In this document: positions 21,624 to 33,332 of the stretch, piece after piece
Numbering within the stretch: the first letter of the stretch is position 1
How the letters are laid out: every line of letters starts with the position of its first letter
DNA from: Nemertoderma westbladi
Taxonomy: Eukaryota; Animalia; Xenacoelomorpha
Length of the DNA: 44,432 nucleotides
Direction: 5' to 3'
NCBI GenBank assembly: GCA_032718475.1
Contig: JAUCBJ010005079.1
Span: 1 to 44,432 of the forward strand
The notes under the pieces: model-generated
Told to the model about the DNA's origin: nothing
Seen by the model: only the letters and a program-made list of their open reading frames with translations
Databases searched by the model: none
Program-made: the position numbers and the translations under genes

Positions 21624-24600
21624 CGAGGAATAACGTCTCCGATACTGATGAAATGGACCCCCACACAGACTCGGAAACCGACGAGGCACCGAATGTGAAG
21701 AACATGGCTCGTCGACTGGGAGCTCTCAAAGGTGGAGTGACTCGAGCATACCACTGCATCGAGAAACAGCTAAAGGGCGCCGAGACTCCCCTCAGCGATA
21801 TACAGACTCAATTACAGAATATCCTAAGTATCTTACAACGATACGAAAGCATGATACAGCATATCAGGAACTCATTCCCGCAACCGATCTGGGAAACTAC
21901 CCCAGACTCGAAGAACACGTACCACATTTGGACGAGTTCCGCAAGCAACATCGGAGGACCCTCAGCCTCATAAGAGGCTACGAGGAACAGTATTATAAAC
22001 AAACTGAAAGGGCGGACGCAGAATCAGTACAGACCTCCGGTACCAGAACCGTGGTTCAGGGAAAAAGAACTGGGTCCTCGAGGCACCAGCACTCCAGCGC
22101 TAGGAGCGAGATATCTGGTTCAGCGCGCAGTTCCCAAGGGGGTCAACCACTCTGAGATCAGCTGCGAGAACAGAGGGCATTGGCTCTTAAAGCTCGAATG
22201 GAAGATGAGTATGTCCAACTGGAAATTGAACAGGATGCACTGGCGGAGGAAAGACATAAACAGGAGGCCGAAATATATGCCAAACAACAAACGCAAGAGG
22301 CCGAAATACGGTCCGAAAAATGTAAACAAGAGGCCAAACTATGTAAACGAGAGGCCGAACAACAGGCCGAAATACGTAAACAAGAGGCCGAAATGTGTAA
22401 ACGGAACACCAAGGCCCAAGCGATTCTTGTTCATAAAAAGAATGCGGACATTGCTAAACTCACAGACTACGAAGCTGCACTCATAGAATGGGACCTTCAA
22501 CTATACGAGGACTGGGAAAGGGGTATAGAACAGGATTATGTAACAATTCCAGTCCCGGAGTTAGAAAAGTCATTTACACCACCGGCTGCGGAACCCCCAA
22601 AACCTGAGTTCCCGCCTACTATACAGTCTACGTTATCGGCACAAGCACCGGTATTCCACCCCTCACCGGTTATGCTTAAGAATGAGGAACCTTATTTCCC
22701 ATCTAATCCCACGGCACCGAGCGTTCCCCAGTACGAGTCTGAAAAGGACTCGGAACGGGACGCCACCCCTCAATCCAACAATCCGTTCACATCCATACCG
22801 AAAATCCGTAACCGCGTCATCATTAAAACTCCACCTCTCGTCGATCCATCGTGCATGGGAGAAAATGTGAATAACTATAATCCTCCTAGTCATTCCAGTT
22901 CGGATGACGTTGGCATCATCCGAGCCTTGGAAAACCGCCTGGCTATGCCCAATATGGAGATCCGCACCTTTGAGGGAGACCCCGTCGATTACCTCAGATT
23001 CAAGAAACGGTTCTTCGCTCAGATCGGGTCAACGGATATAACCGACGCACAAAAACTGGTATATTTATCCCAATACCTGGGTGACAAACCACGTCGAATC
23101 ATTAAATGTTTCGAGGGAGGATCTCACGAAGCGTACTACGACGCATGGAAAACTCTAGACAAAAGATACGGAAACATCGGAACTATAATTAATAAGACGC
23201 TCAAGAAACTGATACAGGACGCTGGGTCCCTAGGGGACCCACAGAATATCCAAGAGTTCTCGGACTCTATGAAAGATGCCTACTACACTTTAAACCATTA
23301 AACAAGGAGGAACAAGTAAACAACATTTTAAACCTCCGACAGATTGCCCGAAAGTTCCCCGGATGGCTGCAAAGCAAATGGGCGTATAAATGCGTAGATC
23401 TCCGACGCAGACACCCAGATCGGGATCCCAGTTTCCTCGAAATGTCGGCATTCCTAGATGATATCTCCGAAGCCATGAATGACTCGATGTTCTCCAAACA
23501 AAGTCTCTCCAAGTTAGACAGAATAGAGAACAACTCTAGGAGCAGGACACCCACTCCGAAACCGAGATTCCGTCCCCCTCCGGTGAGTACGATGGCCATC
23601 AATCACCATGGCCGAGGATTCTGACGACGAGAACTACGAGGAACTGACATCAGGCGAGGAATGGGCGTGTTATCTAGTGAATTGGGCACCCGAAAGGGAA
23701 GGCACCACAACCTCCCTTCTATATTGCTTCTGCGGAGAGAAACACAAGGTGGAATTCTGCAGAAAGTTCCAGTTTGCTGAACTCGTCCCACGCTTCGAGG
23801 CGATAATGAAACACCGAGGATGCTTCCGGTGTTTCGGAACAGGTCACTATGTTCGGGATTGCGACCAAAGATCGTGCTGCGCGGTCTGTAATGACCTACG
23901 TCATCACACACTCCTCCACATCCCTGCGAACTTCGATTTTACCACCCTCCCGTTCCGGATCGAATCCAAACGGAGAGGAGAAACGAATCACGTCTCTAAG
24001 GGTACCCGGACGATTCAATGGAAGGAAACCAATCCATTTAAAACCGCCACCGATGTATCACATGTGACAAATATTTCGGCTACGATCAATCTTATAAACC
24101 GCCAATACATGGTTTTCGCCAAAGTGATCCCAGTAAGAATTCAAGGGGTTGGGAAATCCTTAACAACGCTCGTGTTCCTTGACAATGGGTCGGACGGAAC
24201 CATCATCGACTGGGATTTCCTCGAACAACTAGGCCTAGACTACGAACCTTGCAAACGGCCCATACAAACTATTACCGACCATAGAGAAGTGGAGTCCGGG
24301 GAGGTATAACTCAAGATGGAAGGGGTTATGAAGGGTTACGAGACGGTCAAACTGATGATCAAGAACGCTCTGGTACACAACGATCTCCGAGTGCGGTTCC
24401 GACAATCATCTGAATATGCACCCCTCATACAACTAGACTGGGAAGATGTAGATCTACGATGCCCGCCGTTGGACGTGAACCAAATTACCCTATTAATCGG
24501 ACTCGACACACCGGAATTACACATACCAACCGGAGACATCGCCCGATCCATAAAGCCGGATGACAGTTTTTATGCAGAACGCACCATCATGGGATGGACA

Positions 24601-27600
24601 TTATGCGGCATCAAAGAGCAGACTACTGACACCTATACATATCTCCCTAAATGCCAGATTAAAGAGAATTCAACATCTGTGGATTACTGTTCAGCCACTG
24701 ACCCGGACGAGGATTTATTCCTAGAAACTGAAAAAACCCAGCAGGAAATGACCAAGTACTTTAACTCAGAGACCCAAGAGTTTGCTGAAAAGGACGAAAA
24801 CCCGTCCGAGGAAGATCAATATTGTATCGACATCCTTGATCAGGCCACGTTCAAAGACGGACATTGGTGTTCGCCCATGCTGTGGAAAGACCCAGATAGA
24901 CCGATGGCGAATAATGCCAGCATGGCCCTTAGGAGGCTTAAGGGGATCCGGTTAAACGACCTACCCGAGATAAAGGAGAAATACAATAATGTAATTAGAG
25001 GATATCTAGAAGATGGATTGGCGGAAATGGTACCCCGGAATGAACTGCAAGGGGGTAGACGGACGTATTATCTCCCAACCCACTATATGATAGAAGCCCG
25101 GAAGGGTTGTAAAATCCGGGTAATGAATGATGCTGCGGCTATGTATCAGGGCGAATCCCTGAACAGCCAACTTTATACAGGGCCCAACATCTACAGTACA
25201 CTCATCAGCGTGTTGATCAGGTTCTGGGAAAACCGAATAGCCTTCACCTGCGACATCAAAGCAATGTTCCACCAGGTCCGAACGCTACCAAGAGACTCAG
25301 ACTGTCTACGTATATTATGGACAGATAAAACATTAACTCGAGAGGAGATAAGTCAACTCACCTTGAAGGATGTGGACATAATGCGCATGATTGTCAGGAT
25401 CTTCGGCGCTAAGGACTCGCCGGTGGCATGTAGTGACATGCTGAAGAAAACAGCGGCTATGTGCAAAAACGAGTTTCCTCCGACAGTCATAGAGACCATC
25501 CAACGATGCTTCTACGTAGACGACGGATGCGCCGGTGCCGATAATGTCAACGAGGCATATCAGCTGGCGATGGGAATGGTGGAATGTTTAAAGAGAGAAG
25601 GCTTCCCTCTCGTAAAGTTTAGATCCCACGATAAGGAACTTATGGAAAAGTTCCCGGAAGAAATCAGACTAGACGACAATAAAATGTATTCCGAGGGTGT
25701 GGATCACCATGTACTCGGTATCGAATGGGACATAGAATTGGATGAGTTCATCTTCAAATATAACCCCCTACCCAAGCCCATGACAAAAAGGGGATGTCTG
25801 TCTATAAAAAGTGCTATATTTGATCCACTAAACTTCATATCTCCAGTAACATTGGCCGGAATGAATTTGATCAAAGAATTGTGGATAGAAGGACTGGGTT
25901 GGGACGAAGAACTCCCCCTACACCTCAGTGCTAAATGGAGAAAGTGGATGGAACAACTCGAACATCTACATCTTATGCGGATCCCTCAACCGTTCTTCCT
26001 CGATAAACTACCCACCGATATATTCCAGCTCCATACCTTCTCGGACGCATCGAATACCGGAATCAGCGTAGTTACCTTCCTAAGAAGATTAAGTCAGGAT
26101 GGAAACAGCGATACGAGCTTCTTATTCTCTAAGGCTAAGACAGTATCCAGGGAATTCGTAGCAACGATACCGAGACTCGAGCTACAGGCTGCAGTTTGGG
26201 CAGTGAGGCAGAACCGCATGATCATGCGGAACTTACGAATCCCCATCGAATCGCAGCATTTCTGGGTCGATTCGGGTATCGTACTCTACTACCTCCACTC
26301 ACCATCACGGCAACACACCACGTTTGTAGCGAACCGAGCCACTGAGATAAAACAGTGCACCGGCCGAGAACAGTGGCACCATGTAAACGGGAAAGAAAAC
26401 CCAGTGGATTTATCGAGCAGAGGCGCCACCCCACAACAACTCGGTAAAAGTAAACTCTGGCTTACAGGCCCGGAATTCCTACAGCAGCCACAATTAACCT
26501 GGAGCACCCGATTCGATCACAAACTAGATAGTGAAAAATACTCCGAAGACGACAAGGAGATCCGTAAAGTCCATAGAAGCGCCACAGTGGAGATCTATAG
26601 TTGTCTGAACGAGCCTGCAAAGGACTCGGGCAAGCACTATAATATCGCGACTACCACGCAACCAGCGGCGTCTTTACAACTATTGATAGAGCGAACCTCC
26701 TCAATGAGACGTCTCATCCACCACATCTTAACCCTTCGCAACTTCCTGCGGTGGAAGGACAACAAACCGATAGTTTGACGAAGTATACAAGAACTCATTA
26801 TTGCGGAGAAGTGTACCGGTATTGTTAGATATGTCCAGAAAGAAAGTTTCCCCGATGAGTGGGAACAACTCAGTGCGGGCAAAACCTTGAAACCGGACAG
26901 TCCAGTCTACCAATTGAGACCCATGATGGGAGAAGACGGACTGATTCGACTGAATACCCAGATGGCAAATGCCCCGGTTGAATACGAAGTCAAATACCCA
27001 GCGCTTCTACCCGGAATGTCAACATTAGCCAAGCTATTAATCCAACAGTGTCACGAAGAAAACCATCACGCGGGACAGAACTGGATTATGGCTAATATAC
27101 GGCAAAGATATTGGATCACCCACATCCAGCCACTGATCCGGAAAGTGTTAAAGCGTTGTTTTCCCTGCAGAAGATATCTAGCGCCAACGCTCACACAAAG
27201 AATGGCCAACTTACCAGCCACACGACTGCAGTCCGATTCCCCGCCGTTCTACGTAACCGGAGTAGACTGTTTCGGACCATTTACAGTCATCGAGCGACGA
27301 TCCAACATCAAATGCTGGGGGGCTATCTTTACATGCCTTAGGTCTAGGGCAATCTACCTAGACCTCGTAGTGAACCTTACGCAACACGCATTTCTCAACG
27401 CCCTGCGTCAGTTCGTGGCAAACAATGGAACATGTCGTCGTATGTACTCCGATAATGGAACAAACTTCGTGGGAGGAGAAAGAGAACTTAGAGAGGCGAT
27501 CGAGGGATGGTTCACCGAAGAGACCGCATCCCAAGTCTGGAGGGAACACCATATACAATGGCACTTCCAAACACCCTTGGCAACCCATACGAGCGGGGTA

Positions 27601-28224
27601 TGGGAGAAGCTCATCGACTTGGTAAAACGATCCATGCGCGTCGCATTAGGGGACATCCGGGTAACCCACGACACCCTTCGCACAACATTCTGCGAGATCA
27701 CGGCTACCCTAAACAACTGGCCCATCATACCTATTCACGACAACCCCACAGATCTGGAGCCTCTTACACCTAACCATCTACTCGGAAGACCTAAAACCAA
27801 CATTCTTCCAGAGGCGATGTTCCCAGATCCCAACAATATTGCTAGACACACCAATTGGAAAAAGGCCCAAGCACTGGCAGCGCATTGGTGGAGAATTTGG
27901 GCCCAAGAGTACCTCATAACCCTCCGGACCAGGAGGAAGTGGAATAACACCTACAAGAATGTCGCAGTTGGCGACATGGTGCTAGTTAAGGAAGACCTTA
28001 AAGACCGCGTCCACTGGCCTGTGGCGCGAGTCGTGGAAATAGCCCCAAGTAAAGACGGACTTGCGAGGACTGTGATGATACGAACGGCAAAGGGCCACTA
28101 CCAACGCCCTATCCAGAGGCTCTGCCTTCTTGAAGGCAATGACAGCGGTGATTCTACGAGAGGTGATAAGATCCCTACTCAGGATCCTGCTGCAGACATT
28201 GGTGACAATGCTAAACCCGTTTAA
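21620..28224 (+). pseudogene. BEL/Pao gag-pol polyprotein (DUF1759-like gag, Cys/His knuckles, protease, RT, RNase H, integrase) with a few stops and frameshifts
   Basis: Motifs FEGDPVDYLRF, CFRCFGTGHYVRDC..CAVCNDLRHHTLLH, FLDNGSDGT, DIKAMFHQV, FYVDD, FSDAS, TIPRLEL, GVDCFGP, SDNGTNF and GVWEKL. In-frame stops at 22153, 24307 and 26776; frameshifts near 21900, 23298 and 23606. Confidence 0.95.
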
Positions 28225-28879
28225 ACCCTTCTCATCCTGTTGACAAACTCTTTTAAATGTGATTTACTGACAATGAATAATGGATCCCCCTTAAACCAAC
28301 TGTATCCACGCAATGGTATTTGTGTTTCCTCGTGTGTTATGTGGAATCCAGAGTCACCCTGCAGATGTTTCGACTGACGCAGGGTAGTTTATGTATTGTT
28401 CACCCTGATTTTGGTCATCAGGACCAACTATATTGGATTATTGGAAATGGTAAAGATTTGAAGTGGAATTCATTGTATCCATTGTGTTGTATTGTGTTGT
28501 CCGTTGCATGCGCAGTTCGGGGCGTAGGCAGTTTAACTAGTCCAGCTGTAGATCCCGGATTGCCGCGCAACACCCCCTCTATCACGTTATTCTGGCAGGT
28601 CCATGATGCATCCACATGACTTCGTCGATAGAGGTTTCATGTTTCTCAGTCGCGTTATTCTGGTGGGACCGTTGCATGGATTTTGGGGCGTAGGTGGTGT
28701 AACGAGTCCGGCTGTAGATCCCAGAATGTTGCGTAACCCCATCCCACAATGAAAATTTCCCAAAGAAGATGGTTGAATGTAGTTGGAAATGATGAAAAGA
28801 AACAGACGACCCTACTATAAACTGAATGATGACGCGTATGATGATGAAAATGTAATGATGCACACCCTGGTGCTGCGCT

Positions 28880-29130
28880 TATAACAAATGATGATAGCCG
28901 GGGGCTATAACCCCAATGATGAAATGGAAATGATGAAATGAAAATGATAAAATGTGGAAATAAATGAAATGTGTAATAAATGTGAAATAAATGTGGAAAT
29001 AAATGATGAAATGTGGAAAGAAATAATGAAATGTGAAATGAGTAATAAATGAGAAATGAAAAAAGACAAAAAAAATGTATAAAATGTAGAAAGTAAAAGA
29101 ATTGGAAAAAGAAGAGGACATAAAAAGTCA
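28880..29130 (+). repeat. C-poor low-complexity (AAATGA/AAATGTG) tract between pol and ORF3
   Basis: Direct inspection. Confidence 0.8.
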
Positions 29131-29331
29131 AAACTGGTTGGATATTAATGTATAGCTATAGTAACTGTAAATACTGAATGTAGTAGCAATAAGATGGTAG
29201 ATGCCTATATAGCAATAATAATTAATAAACTGAATTACAAATAAACTGAATTATTCTGCAGTCACTATAGAATCAGACTTTCTGGATTTATAATTAACTG
29301 ATGTAAATTTGCAACGGACATAATTGAAAAT

Positions 29332-31458
29332 ATGGACCCAAATCGCCAAATTATCGGCAAACTACGTAATACAATAGATTTACTGGAATATCCACAGCCT
29401 GGATCTCCCAACTTTGATACAGCATGGAATGCCCTGATAGTTGAGAATGTGCGAATCATTAAATTCTCCGGGCGAGAGGGACCGGATTCCCGTAATCTAC
29501 GAGAGCTCCAGTTGACCGATGTTAGTACGAGACTGAAAAGAACTCGGAACACAAAGGAAACCGGAGGAGAGGAGTTGTCATTCTGGGAAACGTTCCGGCA
29601 AAGCGTCTACAAATCTCGATGTTTGATATACAACAACGAGGGAAACGCGACGCCCACCTCGAAAGCGATTACGTTGGCGTGATGCCAAAGTTTTGTCGAC
29701 GACAAGAGTACGTACCTCACCCACTGGGGAAACCTAGCGGAGTGTACGGCGACGCTGCGAGAGGAACGTATATCAGTTATCCAGAATCGCGACGACTACC
29801 AGGAGAAGTATGGGACAAAGGAATACGGTCGATCATTAGTCGTCATCCTCGGAACCCTAGATGGTCTGGTGTTGATATGTCGAATATTTCCGACACCCAA
29901 ACAGGAGATGCGGACAGCCAGAGCGATCTGGCTATTACCACCGGAGATCCAACAGATCCTATTTGATTTCGACATCACTAAAATCGGGTCGGATATAAAG
30001 GCGGACGTCCGAAATGACTACGCTAACGCTCCTTTCGGAAGAAACCGTCGAGAAGATCTCAACGCCATTAGTCATTGCATTGACACCCAAATACTGCTAG
30101 CCTGGTTGCGATCCGCAGAATTCATGCGAGGATTCCGAGAGATGAGACGGACGAAATCCGGTATCGGCTACCTCGCAGTGCTAAACGGCGGTATAAACTT
30201 TAAACCCCAGAAATTCCAGGATTATAATAAGATATATGGTGGGCACCCGGAATTAGAAATAAAGAGTGAGCGAGAGAGTCGCTGGAAGGATGTAGAAAGA
30301 AAGTGGATGATCCACCACAAGTGGGAGAATCCAGATCGACGGAACTTTATCTACATCGTAATGGAATCATACACAGTTGCCAAGTTCATCTGTAAGACTC
30401 TTGATAGTCTCATTAAGGCAGTTCCTAGATCCTTTATCGACTATGAGTGGAACGAAGTTATCGACCACGCATTCAAAGCGGTAGAGAATATTCCACCAGG
30501 AGAAACGAAAAGGCTCACCGTCATCACATCCTGGGACGAGAATGGACCATTCGACATCCCTACGGTTGCTGATCTCCTCGGTGCGGAGGAACCACTGCTA
30601 TCTTCGGATGGGGAGGAATTATGGCTACAGGAAGGTGTTCTGCTGTCCACCCCAAAGCGACAACTCGATCCAGAAGTCGCTTACAAACCGGCCGCCAAAC
30701 GGGTCGCCTCGGCCAAACCTGCGACGGAAGCAGGTGTATCTACCCCACTTGGCTCCGCCAGTCCCGCTAGGGAGCTAGTAACTACCTTTGCGTTGAATGA
30801 CTTCGGCGTCATATGTCAGAGGTTGTCTCCATATCCGTTCCCGGGGGGAGAAGACTGGTCTTCGGAGATCCCGAGTACCAGCACCCAACAGACCCACTCA
30901 GCGATACAGGTTGCAAAGGGTCCCAGCGTTGCTCCGACTCCCGTAGATCTCCTCAGAATTCCTCCGTCGAATGCCCCGGCACCTCTTTGTCGACCAGCTG
31001 TGGCAACGACCCCTTCCGTTCCACAAGACCCTATGCGACTTACCCAATGGTACGCCGAACAGACTGAATGGATCCACCACCAGAAACGGGCGCCCGGGAT
31101 GTGACTGGCAGGATATAAAGAAAGTTATCGAAATGAGAACATCCTACGCCAAAAGAACATCCTACTACCATTCAATTACGTGGATCTATTATTAAGCGCC
31201 GGATTATTCGGTCCCTTCGAGATCCTTAGGCGTCACTCCTATAAGGAAGAATTCGGTGACGGAAAGTGGTTCCTAGAGGCACGCACTACCGAGTTGGAGA
31301 GACGGACGGATATGATCCCGCTACCATCTAAAGGAAGAGCCGCCAGGAGACAAGCTGAAGCGATGCTCACGATGGATGTTGATGCTCCCCTACCAACACT
31401 GGCGATCGACGAGAGTAGACGGGCGAAGAGGAGAAAGGCGTATCAGAGTAAGAAATAG
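29332..31458 (+). pseudogene. Extra ORF3 (~708 codons, two internal TGA) with a DEDDy/WRN-like 3'-5' exonuclease domain, Pro-rich linker and Arg-rich C-terminus
   Basis: ORFs 29332-29682, 29869-31104 and 31180-31458 share one frame, separated only by TGA at 29680 and 31102. Motifs LIYNNEG, VILGTLDGLVLICRI, LPPEIQQILFDFDITKIGSDIKADV, CIDTQIL and KWENP..IYIVMESY. Confidence 0.7.
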
Positions 31459-31622
31459 AGGACCAGAATATTCCAGGGACATTTATATCGAACATTTATT
31501 TTTATATATTTACATAAACTGACTCTAGGAAAAAGTAATCAAGACTATGCAAAATTAAAATTTGGGTTTTTTATATGGGAAATGACCTAAGCAAACTCGA
31601 TCTACCGATAGACCTCACGACC

Positions 31623-33118
31623 TCGCGGTATTTCAACTTTTCTTAATGCGAGTTGAATATTTTTCGGATTTATTTGAAATGAATATTCCAATATCACTAC
31701 TAGACGCGGGAACATGGGATTTGGGCATATTCAATGGACTGGGGTGATTTATGGGCGAATATTGGGGCGACTTACGGGGTACGGGACTCATGTCAGATAT
31801 TTAAGGGCCAGGGGTAGGAGGCAAAGTTAAGCAGTATTCAGGTTTGCCTGATTACTATTAGGCCTAGCCAACTTCCTGCTGCCTGTAGAGGTGGATTTGG
31901 TAACTCGCTAGGCCTAAGGGACAAGGACTGCCCTTAGCAGTCCCTGGCCAACAGTAGTTATTACGAGCCTGAATAAGGACTCGGAAAGTCTGCTGCTTGT
32001 GTCAGGGATTTGCGACGGGAACCGACAGACAGATCCATAGCGGTCCCTGGTCGCCGGCAGTTATTACGAGCCTGAATAAGGACTCGGAAAGCTTGCCGAC
32101 ATATGCCAGGAACTTCCGACAGGTCAACCGACTAACGGAGGAAGGGTTTGACAAAGACTGCCTTCCTGGAGTGGGTTCCACAACCGGCGTTAGTACGAGC
32201 CTGAATAAGGACTCGGAAAACTACCAACCGTTGGGGCTCACGACGGGCTGACAGACCCCTTGCCAAGCCGTACCGCTTTCCTGATGACCGATCCCCTCGG
32301 GGTTCGGGAAGGGTGGGACGGACACGCAACGGGGTCAAAAGACAAAGGACCGGACACCACTGGCCTACCGACTGTTCGGAGCAGCTTCTCGGCTACTGAA
32401 GTGACTACGAGCCTGAATAAGGACTCGGAAAGCTTAGGTGGTTGGGTCCCTGTGATGAACCGACAGACCCCTAGCCAAGCCGTACCGCTTTCCTGATGAC
32501 CGATCCCTTCGGGGTTCGGTAAGGGTGGGACGGACACGCAAACGGGTCCACCAACTTGACAGACCCCTAGCCAAGCCGTACCGCTTTCCTGATGACCGAT
32601 CCCTTCGAGGTTCGGGAAGGGTGGATGGACACGCAACCGGGTCTACTGACTTGACCGACCCTTAGCCAAGCCGTACCGCTTTCCTGATGACCGATCCCTT
32701 CGGGGTTCGGGAAGGGTGGGACAGACACGCAACAGGGTCGACCAACACCGACACTACGGTACCGAGACTAGGACCGAGGGAAAATTGGGGAACATTAGTT
32801 AGGTTAAAATCTATAACGAACAGTGGGTAGTTAAATAATGTACTATAGGGATTTATATTGTCGTATTATATTATTGCAAATATTTGGTGTATATTGGTTT
32901 GGGGAAGCCCAACTTATTCTCAATCAAGATTCAACCGTATGGAAGTTACATTAAAGATTATATCCAACCAATAAAACTTTTCTCAACCGCAATCTTGCAT
33001 TTAAGAAAGTATTCATTCTCCACTTCCAATATCCGGTGACTGGCCGGAATTCCGTGGTCTAAAAGTTCCGCCTCCAGCATCGGCGTTTTCCCCCATGGTG
33101 TCGGGAATAACGGCAACA
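31623..33118 (+). repeat. BEL 3' LTR (~1496 bp; four A and four B modules; lacks the initial TGT)
   Basis: Aligns to 19539-21224 and is about two 96-bp units shorter. Confidence 0.92.
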
Positions 33119-33332
33119 TATGTTAACAATCCATTTATTTCGGATATAAAAGAGCAATTACTCAAACAATACGCAGATGTATTCAGATCACAGGGTAAAC
33201 TGTCGACAAGGGTTAGTGACCCGATGCGTATAGAACTAAAAGACCACGTGCAACCATTCACTATCCATACAGCCTGCCCAATTCCATTCGCACGCTGTGA
33301 GAATGTTAAACAAGAAATTGACAATATTTTAA
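32972..33332 (+). repeat. Left copy of the ~361-bp target-site duplication of the RTE
   Basis: Repeated at 36848-37208 with about 3 mismatches. Confidence 0.95.

Larger units (their letters stand above)
19536..33118 (+). mobile_element. BEL/Pao LTR retrotransposon with long structured LTRs and two extra ORFs
   Basis: TGTT...AACA termini and a 5-bp TSD GATGT/TATGT whose removal restores the Gypsy frame. BEL-type gag-pol. Confidence 0.95.

Noticed and set aside
28655-29131. Phe/His-rich minus-strand ORFs resembling a membrane protein or env
   Set aside because: Translation of the low-complexity AAATGA tract.
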